From the NCBI GenBank assembly GCA_030631085.1, contig DAOVLV010000001.1, forward strand, positions 1 to 53,407: a stretch of 53,407 bases of DNA, given 5' to 3'. The stretch comes from Planctomycetales bacterium (GTDB taxonomy: Bacteria > Planctomycetota > Phycisphaerae > SM23-33). Shown in pieces: positions 26,593 through 33,032 of the stretch (its first letter is position 1; each line of letters starts with the position of its first letter). The notes under the pieces are model-generated. The model was not told where the DNA came from and did no database searches. It saw only the letters and a program-made list of their open reading frames with translations. Both the position numbers and the translations under genes were made by a program.

Positions 26593-27246
26593 TCATTTGC
26601 AGCCCTCTTCGATCTGGTCGATAACGGTGTCGATTTCGGATTCCAGTTTTGGACACTCCCGCATCAGGTCTGCCAGTTCCGGCCTGCCGTCCTTCACTGC
26701 CTCGTCGAGGTTATGTTCAACCTGCCGCCAGCGGCGGACTTTCAGGAGTGTATCCCGCATCGTCGGAGCGAGTGCGATAAGGCGGGCGTTGGCTTCGGCG
26801 GTTTTTATTGTGGTGGGCCAATTCGCAACCTTGGGAAACGTGGTAAATGCTATTTCCTGCTTTGTGCCTTGGACGTCGGCGACAATGCAATTTTTAATTC
26901 CAGCGCGGTTGTTGTCGATACTCCACGGCCCCAGCGTGTGTTTCGCTTCGCTACCCGTCAAAATTGAACGCTCATCATCCGTCAATGACCGACCGATGCT
27001 GCTTTCAAGGACCTTAATTTCCGATTGGTTCATTTTTTTGTCGCCTAGTCCCAAGTCCCTAGTCCCTATCTGTTCTTCTATCCGGTCGATAACGGCGTTG
27101 ATTTCGGCCTCCAGCGATTCGCCTTCGGCGAGCAATGTCGCTCGTTTCGGTGAGTCGATTCTGCTTATGCGGATTTTGTGTTCGACCTTTTGTAATCGCC
27201 GGACTTTCAGGAGGGTCTCCCGCATCGTTGTGGCGGATTCGCTCAT
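26593..27246 (-). CDS. Hypothetical protein with duplicated terminal module (possibly two genes: 27246 onward and 27033..26593)
   Basis: MRETLLKVRRLQKVEH..EAEINAVIDRIEEQ near the N-terminus recurs as MRDTLLKVRRWRQVEH..ESEIDTVIDQIEEG at the C-terminus. An in-frame heptamer array precedes the internal ATG at 27033. Confidence 0.5.
   Translation of the reverse strand: MSESATTMRETLLKVRRLQKVEHKIRISRIDSPKRATLLAEGESLEAEINAVIDRIEEQIGTRDLGLGDKKMNQSEIKVLESSIGRSLTDDERSILTGSEAKHTLGPWSIDNNRAGIKNCIVADVQGTKQEIAFTTFPKVANWPTTIKTAEANARLIALAPTMRDTLLKVRRWRQVEHNLDEAVKDGRPELADLMRECPKLESEIDTVIDQIEEGCK
27045..27072. repeat. Tandem heptamer array (CTAGTCC type), in frame inside the ORF
   Basis: ctagtcccaagtccctagtccctatctg. 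Confidence 0.75.
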
Positions 27247-27614
27247 CTCTGCGCCCTCCGCGTCTCTGTGGCCATGTGTTTCTGGATTTGTCGCCAGTAT
27301 TCCAGCGTTGCGGTTTTCCGGTCCCCGGTCGGTCCGCCGTTGTGAATTCGTGCGAGTGTTTTCAGATCGCACCGTTTCAGTGCGACTGAGCAGTGCCTTT
27401 GCCAGTACCACAACATGATTTGCTCGCAGTGCGGGCGCGAATAGACGAGCGTGTTGTAGTCCCAGTCCACGTTGCCTTGCTCGCATCCGTCTTGCCAGTA
27501 CGCCCGTCCGATGTGGTATGGTCCTTTGGACAACCCTTCATCACCGATCAGGACCTTTCCGTCGTAGGATTCTTCGGTGCGGATCGCGGCGAAGAAGTTT
27601 CGTTCCTTTAGCAA
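27243..27614 (-). CDS. Destabilase / i-type-lysozyme-like endolysin candidate
   Basis: ..AIRTEESYDGKVLIGDEGLSKGPYHIGRAYWQDGC.. resembles the destabilase core (E-S ... GPYQI..YW.DC). Minimal start is the TTG at 27614. The open frame extends to 28205 across repeats. Confidence 0.6.
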   Translation of the reverse strand: MLKERNFFAAIRTEESYDGKVLIGDEGLSKGPYHIGRAYWQDGCEQGNVDWDYNTLVYSRPHCEQIMLWYWQRHCSVALKRCDLKTLARIHNGGPTGDRKTATLEYWRQIQKHMATETRRAQR

Positions 27615-27645
27615 TGGGCAATTGGAAATCGGCAATTGAAAATCG
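27611..27645. repeat. Tandem heptamer array (GCAATTG/GAAATCG)
   Basis: gcaatgggcaattggaaatcggcaattgaaaatcg. Confidence 0.8.
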
Positions 27646-28047
27646 GCCAGGGCCGGGGGTCGCCGCGGCGACCGGGCGAAGTGGGGGGTATCCTCGCCTT
27701 TTCCCGGCCCCGGGTTTGACAGACCGTGGACCGGATTACCGTTTTTACCTTTTCGGCATTCCGGCAATAAGGAAGCCGAGGCGAGGGGAGGAGTAAGGAA
27801 CCCCCCGCCCCGGCCATGCGGTGCCGGCTGCTCGGACCGGACTTTTTCCGGCAGAAGTAGGAAGGTCTGCCGGTTTTCCGTCAGGCGGAGGGAGACCTGG
27901 CGGGCGTTGATTTCCAATTTAGAAAAACAACATGGACGGGTTGAGGCAGTCGCATCCCCCGTCCGCGCCGAAGCGCCTTCGTCCGGGCTCCCCGTCATAG
28001 CGGCTGCCAACCGTGACGGATCCTCGCCTCTCTGGGTTATTTGTTTT
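27646..28047. ncRNA. Candidate structured non-coding region (strand unresolved)
   Basis: Nested stems GGGCCGGG/CCCGGCCC enclosing GGTCGCCGCGGCGACC and GGCGA..TCGCC. CCGGCAGA-N10-TCTGCCGG followed by TTTT on the plus strand. GGACGGG/CCCGTCC, GCGC-CGAA-GCGC, CCGTCA/TGACGG. Confidence 0.3.
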
Positions 28048-28082
28048 TCAATCGGAAATTGGAAATTGGAAATCGAAAATTG
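28048..28082. repeat. Tandem heptamer array (GAAATTG/GAAATCG)
   Basis: tcaatcggaaattggaaattggaaatcgaaaattg. Confidence 0.8.
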
Positions 28083-28160
28083 GGAGGCCATGAAGCCAAC
28101 GACGAACCACGCGGCCGCCAAGGCCACCGTCCCGGTCCATGTACGTTTTTCAATCGGCAA

Positions 28161-28184
28161 CCCGTCAGGGCTGGCCGTGGCGAG
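28161..28184 (+). repeat. 24-mer copy 4 of 4, flanked by GGCAATC heptamers
   Basis: Exact CCCGTCAGGGCTGGCCGTGGCGAG, with caatcggcaa on the left and ggcaatcggcaatcggcaatt on the right. Confidence 0.9.
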
Positions 28185-28206
28185 TTGGCAATCGGCAATC
28201 GGCAAT

Positions 28207-28455
28207 TTAATATTCCCTGTAATTTCCTGTTTCCGGGTCGAAGTCGCCGTGGCGGGTTTCGGCGAGGCGGAAGCATATCAACTCCGGTTCGGCTGGTGGT
28301 CCCAGACCAGCGGCGAGATTTTCGCCTTTGAGGTACGGGTCTTCGATTTCCTTACCTTCGCAAACGCCCCAGCAGCCTTCGTACTCCTGGCATATCCGGC
28401 ATTGTTCGTATATCAGCCGGATCACCCGTCGCGTTGTTTGTGTCGCGGTCAACAT
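28207..28455 (-). CDS. Hypothetical Cys-rich protein (82 aa)
   Basis: ORF track entry. Abuts the upstream gene with no gap. Confidence 0.45.
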   Translation of the reverse strand: MLTATQTTRRVIRLIYEQCRICQEYEGCWGVCEGKEIEDPYLKGENLAAGLGPPAEPELICFRLAETRHGDFDPETGNYREY

Positions 28456-28842
28456 CTAATAAGCCCCCTGCACTGCCGGGGGATTTTTTCGTTTCACGGC
28501 CACCCATGCGCATCCGCTTTCGGCGGGCCACGGCCCGCTGTGGAGCGTGTTGTAAAATTTTTCCTGTCCGGGTTTCAGTTCTCCGGTCCGGTAGTCGAGC
28601 GGGCTTTCCATTCGTCCCGTGCGAAAATCGACGTGGCACAGCGGCAGTTCATTTGGATCGGATTTATCTCTGGCCTTGACGCCGGGGCAGGCGTGTCGGT
28701 TGTGTCCGAGGAAGCGATCACAGGTGAAGCAGGCCAGGTTACACGGATTGACGATCCGCCCGGCGAGGTCGCGCCGGTCGAGCATTCGCCCGATAGGTCG
28801 TTTGGCTTCGCGTGCCCGTCTTCTCCTCTGCGTCTTCGACAT
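28456..28842 (-). CDS. Hypothetical Cys/His-rich protein (128 aa)
   Basis: ORF track entry. CNLACFTCDRFLGHNRHAC. The last codons (NPPAVQGAY) are encoded by hairpin 28464-28482. Confidence 0.5.
   Translation of the reverse strand: MSKTQRRRRAREAKRPIGRMLDRRDLAGRIVNPCNLACFTCDRFLGHNRHACPGVKARDKSDPNELPLCHVDFRTGRMESPLDYRTGELKPGQEKFYNTLHSGPWPAESGCAWVAVKRKNPPAVQGAY
28464..28482. terminator. C5/G5 hairpin
   Basis: CCCCCTGCACTGCCGGGGG followed by ATTTTTT on the plus strand. Confidence 0.45.
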
Positions 28843-28939
28843 CAGTCCGTTTCCCTTTGTTGTTTTTTCTTGTCAGGTCGGCCCGGCCGTGGTCCAATCC
28901 GTTTTTGGAACCACCGAAAAACAGAAAGGAACCACGACC

Positions 28940-29128
28940 ATGGCCGATAAGATTCAGAACGACTGTCGTCAGATACTTTTGCAGGTCGAGCAGATGCGGG
29001 AGTTACTTGACAAGAATGATTTTGCAAATCCTGATTCGGTGAAAGGTGCAATTCGACATTTATTGTCATTTCACAGGAGGTCGTTTGTGGTATTGGAATC
29101 TCTAGCCGAAAAGGTGGAGAACCTTTAG
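28940..29128 (+). CDS. Small helical hypothetical protein (62 aa)
   Basis: ATG at 28940 (MADKIQNDCRQILLQVEQMRELLDKND..). Competes with an antisense ORF, so low certainty. Confidence 0.35.
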   Translation: MADKIQNDCRQILLQVEQMRELLDKNDFANPDSVKGAIRHLLSFHRRSFVVLESLAEKVENL

Positions 29129-29209
29129 GCAGGTTTTTCATGGCCTTTGATATTGCGCACTGCGTGGCGAACGCCTGGAGTTCGCGCTCTCCTTCTACGA
29201 TGGCCTGAT

Positions 29210-29647
29210 CTATTCGGTCCCACGACATGCGACTGCCTCCTTTCCCGGCTTCGTCCTTTGAGGACTCCGCCGTGGTAAATCTTCCTTCACAGATTCGCGT
29301 TTTCGTGATACACTGTTTTTGCACTTCATGGAGGATTTTCTATTCGCCCCACGGACGGTTTTTTTACTCGTCGCTCGCGTTGTGATCGGCGAGTCCGCCG
29401 GGACGGTTACGTCCGCTTCGGGAATGACAATGTCCGTCAAGGGAACGCCGAGGGCGAAAGCGATTTTGCTCACGGTTGTCCGGCTTGGGCGGGTTCGGGT
29501 GGTTGCCGGATTCATGGCACGCCAGACGGTTGCGGTTCCGAGGTTGGCTTCGGATGCAAGTTTTTCATCCGTCCAGCCCTTTTCAATCTGTGTTCTACGG
29601 AGTTTCGCTATGTTGTATTCGTTCAGCATAATGACCGTTTCTTTCAT
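29210..29647 (-). CDS. XRE-family HTH regulator (cI-like candidate)
   Basis: ..KLRRTQIEKGWTDEKLASEANLGTATVWRAMN.. Divergent from a second XRE gene. Confidence 0.65.
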   Translation of the reverse strand: MKETVIMLNEYNIAKLRRTQIEKGWTDEKLASEANLGTATVWRAMNPATTRTRPSRTTVSKIAFALGVPLTDIVIPEADVTVPADSPITTRATSKKTVRGANRKSSMKCKNSVSRKRESVKEDLPRRSPQRTKPGKEAVACRGTE

Positions 29648-29761
29648 TGTTCCGAATGATTGTATTAGGTATATCGAACGTGTCAATCGTTTTTCTTCAT
29701 TTTTTTTCATATTTTTTCACGGAGGCTGACAGGTCTTTTCGGTCTGATTAAAATACCGGTA
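29648..29761. promoter_or_regulatory. Divergent promoter/operator region of the XRE pair
   Basis: AT-rich 114-bp spacer between back-to-back HTH genes. Operators not resolved. Confidence 0.4.
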
Positions 29762-30184
29762 ATGATAGGCATGGCAGAAAAGTTACAGCAGTTGCGCGGC
29801 GGGAGATCGTATTCTTCGATTGCCCGTGAAGTAGACTGCTCGACGAACGCTATCCGTGATCTGGAAGCCAGAAGGACTAGCGATCCAAGCGTTCGGCTGA
29901 TCGGTCGATTGGCCGAGTTGTATTCCGTCACCGTAGATTGGCTTATCGATGATTCTGTCGGTTGGCCTCCGCCGGAGACGCCGGAGCAATCCGCCGAGGT
30001 GATTGTCCGCGAGGCGTTGACGGGCGCGGGTCTGGCAGGAAAATTGAACGAAGAGGAGCGGAAATTACTGGCTCGGTATCGGGCGTTGAACCCGCTACGG
30101 AAGCCGAAACTCGAAGGCTTCATCGAAGGCCTCGGCGGTGATTCTGATCGCCGGACCGACAATAACCCTCAACCGCAGGTGTAA
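29762..30184 (+). CDS. XRE-family HTH regulator (cro/antirepressor-side candidate)
   Basis: ..LQQLRGGRSYSSIAREVDCSTNAIRDLEARR..LAELYSVTVDWLI.. Confidence 0.7.
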   Translation: MIGMAEKLQQLRGGRSYSSIAREVDCSTNAIRDLEARRTSDPSVRLIGRLAELYSVTVDWLIDDSVGWPPPETPEQSAEVIVREALTGAGLAGKLNEEERKLLARYRALNPLRKPKLEGFIEGLGGDSDRRTDNNPQPQV

Positions 30185-30186
30185 CA

Positions 30187-30594
30187 ATGCGAATTCCGGT
30201 AATGTCTCTGTTGCTGTTTATGTTTGTCCTTCCCGCCGGGTGTACGCCTCCGGCGGCGGGAACGAACGAGATTACAGCCCGGACGTTTCACGTGCTCCGC
30301 GTTATCGACGGAGACACTTTTCGGATACGTTACGACGGCGATGTAACCAGCGTTCGCATCTGGGGCATTGACGCCCCGGAGAAAAATACCCCTGCTGGAC
30401 CGGCAGCGACTGAAGCACTGAGGTGGCTGATTGACGACCACGACGTCCGGCTGGTCTTCTGTGCGACTCGTAAGCGGGACAATTTTGGTCGGTTGCTCGC
30501 CCGCGTTTTTGTGGACGACAAAGAGGTCGGCCCTGAACTGATCCGGTCAGGCCATGCGTCCCCATACGGTTCGTCAAAGAGAAAATCAAAATGA
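30187..30594 (+). CDS. Thermonuclease (SNase-like) lipoprotein
   Basis: Signal plus lipobox MRIPVMSLLLFMFVLPAGC. VIDGDTFRIRYDG..VRIWGIDAPE..RDNFGRLLARV. Confidence 0.8.
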   Translation: MRIPVMSLLLFMFVLPAGCTPPAAGTNEITARTFHVLRVIDGDTFRIRYDGDVTSVRIWGIDAPEKNTPAGPAATEALRWLIDDHDVRLVFCATRKRDNFGRLLARVFVDDKEVGPELIRSGHASPYGSSKRKSK

Positions 30595-31433
30595 TTGATT
30601 ACAAATGTCCAAAGTGTGGAGCGTCGATGAGCAGCCCGGACTCTCTGGCCGGTCAGTCGGACACCTGTCCGGCCTGTGGGAACATTTGTAACATCCCTGA
30701 GCGTCGGAGCGTCGTTTGGATCGCCCGTGTTTATGACAAGGTGGGGGTAATAGCAAAACGGACCGGCGGCTTTTGTTCTCGACGCTGGAAACTGGTTACT
30801 GTTGTCGGCGTGAATCTGATTTTGTTGACGAGTTTTCTTTCGTGGTTCCTTCCCGACTGGCTCCCTCGACCGGTGGTAACGTTTGAGACGCCATCGAAGG
30901 TTCAGGCGAAGGCTGCCGAGGGTCTTTTCCCGCCCCGTGCGGAACTGGCGAAGATTCTGGCCGAGCACGGTTACTATCCGGCCTTGTCGGAGCCGACATC
31001 GGGCATTCTGCGAGGTCGTCATCTCTGGGAGTATTTGTACGTCATAGACATTAATCGCCCATCTTGGGCTCACGTATCGGTATGGTGCCCGCTGGACGAC
31101 AAGGGAAAGGTTATTGCAATATCAACAAGTGTTTCCTCGCCGATGATAGCGGAATTTAGTGGTGCTCTAAATGGTCCTGAATGCGAAGCGGTCGCTTTTG
31201 CTCATTACAATAAGATGCCCAAGGTCCTCGATGCGCTGTCTTCGATTTCCCTGGACGTCGAAAAACATGATTTCAAAGGTGCGTCGATGCGTCAAGTCGG
31301 CGATCAGGAAATTTTGGAAACATCACTTCACGGGAATGGTTTCGAACTCGAAGTAATGGGCAGGTTTGTCACCAAAAGGAAGGATATGCTTTTGGGAATG
31401 AATTTGATTTTGAAGGATAAATCCTGGCGGTGA
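30591..31433 (+). CDS. Zinc-ribbon membrane protein, function unknown
   Basis: YKCPKCGASM...CPACGN, then TM LVTVVGVNLILLTSFLSWFL. Confidence 0.55.
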   Translation: MIDYKCPKCGASMSSPDSLAGQSDTCPACGNICNIPERRSVVWIARVYDKVGVIAKRTGGFCSRRWKLVTVVGVNLILLTSFLSWFLPDWLPRPVVTFETPSKVQAKAAEGLFPPRAELAKILAEHGYYPALSEPTSGILRGRHLWEYLYVIDINRPSWAHVSVWCPLDDKGKVIAISTSVSSPMIAEFSGALNGPECEAVAFAHYNKMPKVLDALSSISLDVEKHDFKGASMRQVGDQEILETSLHGNGFELEVMGRFVTKRKDMLLGMNLILKDKSWR

Positions 31434-31567
31434 GGTACAGACTTTTCGGTCTTGTTACGGCGTAATCCTGTAATTTTACGAGATTTCACGCCTACCTATG
31501 CAAACGGTCGGCGATTTTGATAACTGGATACTTGCACAGATGTTACGACGATGGAGCGTGCCTTCCG

Positions 31568-31615
31568 GCGTGCATGGCATGCAGAAGGTCAGGGGTTCGA
31601 ATCCCCTCGCCTCCA
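31568..31615 (+). tRNA. tRNA-Ala(GGC) 3' fragment only (anticodon loop to discriminator): att-core remnant
   Basis: GCGTGCATGGCATGCAGAAGGTCAGGGGTTCGAATCCCCTCGCCTCCA closely parallels the E. coli tRNA-Ala(GGC) 3' half. No D arm or matching 5' acceptor strand upstream. Confidence 0.7.
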
Positions 31616-31650
31616 GTCTTCGTTCGCCGTTCTTACGGCGAACGAAGACT
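31615..31650 (+). terminator. Perfect 15-bp-stem hairpin after the tRNA fragment
   Basis: AGTCTTCGTTCGCCG-TTCTTA-CGGCGAACGAAGACT. Confidence 0.6.
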
Positions 31651-31765
31651 GCAAGTCTGTTCTGTTCGATAAAACAGCGCCGAACGGCAAGCCGACTCTC
31701 GCGGTCGGCTCGCCGTTCGGCGATGTTGTTGGGAAGATATAACGGAAAAGCGGAGTTACATACCC

Positions 31766-32587
31766 ATGTCAAAACTCGAAATAGGTGTTCTTGTTCCTTT
31801 GACCGACTCGCCGGCTGATGAGATTCGCAAGGTGGCGGATTTCGGCCTGCACAGTTGCCAGGTTTGCACGTGGGATCCGGCGATGTACACGGACGCAATC
31901 GGCCAGGCCTTGACGGAAGCGGCCGAGCAGAACGGCGTAAATATCACGACCCTCTGGGCGGGCTATCCAGGCCCGTGCGTGTGGAATTTCATCGACGGGC
32001 CGAAGACCATCGGGCTGGTCCCGCCGGAATATCGCGCGATGCGAGTCGAGGCGCTCCAGCAGGCAGCCCGCTTCGCCGCGAAATTCAAGTTGCCGGCGAT
32101 TACCACGCATGCCGGATTCATCCCCGAAGACCCCAACGACCCCGACTTCGCCGGAACGGTCGATGCGCTCCGGCAGGTCGTCGATGTCTGCAGCGAGGGC
32201 CGGATTGATTTCTGCTTCGAGACCGGCCAGGAGACGCCCGTAACGCTTCTGCGGACGATCGAGCGGCTTGGGGGCGACAATGTCGGCATCAACCTGGACA
32301 CCGCCAATCTGATTCTCTACGGTAAGGCCAATCCCGCCGACGCCCTGGACGTTTTCGGGCGATACGTCCGCGACGTTCACGCCAAGGACGGCCTGTATCC
32401 GACCGGGGGCGACGAACTCGGCAAACAAGTTCCGCTGGGCCAGGGCAAGGTCGATTTCCCGCTGGTGATTTCCAAACTCAAAGTGCTTGGATACAGCGGG
32501 ACGCTGACGATAGAGCGTGAAATTTCAGGCCCGCAGCAAATCGCCGACATAAAGGCCGCCGTCGAATACCTCCTGCCGATGTGCTGA
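31766..32587 (+). CDS. Sugar phosphate isomerase/epimerase (xylose-isomerase-like TIM barrel)
   Basis: 273 aa. ..ITTHAGFIPEDPNDP.., ..FCFETGQETP.., ..INLDTANLILYG.., ..HAKDG.., ..LTIEREI.. Confidence 0.8.
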   Translation: MSKLEIGVLVPLTDSPADEIRKVADFGLHSCQVCTWDPAMYTDAIGQALTEAAEQNGVNITTLWAGYPGPCVWNFIDGPKTIGLVPPEYRAMRVEALQQAARFAAKFKLPAITTHAGFIPEDPNDPDFAGTVDALRQVVDVCSEGRIDFCFETGQETPVTLLRTIERLGGDNVGINLDTANLILYGKANPADALDVFGRYVRDVHAKDGLYPTGGDELGKQVPLGQGKVDFPLVISKLKVLGYSGTLTIEREISGPQQIADIKAAVEYLLPMC

Positions 32588-32749
32588 AACATCGCCCAGC
32601 CATTCGAATGCTGGGCTTTGTGCAGGGTGCCATGCTTTCGCCCGAAGCGCAGCGTAGGGCGTAAGCATGTTGTGGTACAACTCATGCCTACACGCTCCGC
32701 TTCCCATAGGGACACTACGTGTCGCTGCGCGTGAAGGCATGGCACCCGC

Positions 32750-32913
32750 CCCAACACCTCCCTTGCCATCAGAGACCTGGCCGATTACCATCTTCGCGTC
32801 CCTTCAATATGAGGATGACTTCAATGATCTCTCGCGTACACAGTTCTATTTTGCAGGGTATCGACGCCGTTGCCGGCGAGGTCGAAGCCGACGTCGCTCG
32901 CGGCGGACTGGGC
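32750..32913 (+). repeat. 164-bp direct repeat, copy 1 (comM upstream region plus first 35 codons)
   Basis: Aligns without gaps to 35485-35648 at a constant offset of 2735, with 8 mismatches by my count. Confidence 0.9.
32809..32913 (+). pseudogene. comM: Orphan comM 5' fragment (35 codons), then unrelated sequence
   Basis: [35 protein letters not shown] is identical in protein to the start of the real comM copy. Confidence 0.8.
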
Positions 32914-33032
32914 ATGGATACTGAGGGATTCGCCCCATCTGGCTTCGCGGACGCTACGGTCCAGGCAGATTCGGGAACTTTCTCTTCGTACAGCCGTCTA
33001 ATGGGGTAATGGGCAAAGGGAAGGATCACATA

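Larger units (their letters stand above)
1..31615. mobile_element. Prophage; left end lies beyond the window, right end at a tRNA-Ala 3' fragment
   Basis: Contiguous minus-strand block with terminase, gpW-like, portal, protease-capsid fusion, integrase, methylases and a divergent XRE pair. Host-type plus-strand genes start after 31615. Confidence 0.8.

Noticed and set aside
2138-28207. Possible CRISPR arrays, because of the many short tandem repeats
   Set aside because: The repeat period is 7 bp with no unique spacers, arrays are only 25-80 bp long, and no cas genes are present.
31498-31615. A complete tRNA gene at the prophage boundary
   Set aside because: Only the 3' ~48 nt fit tRNA-Ala. 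The upstream sequence gives no D arm, and only 4 of 7 acceptor pairs could form in a 63-nt span.
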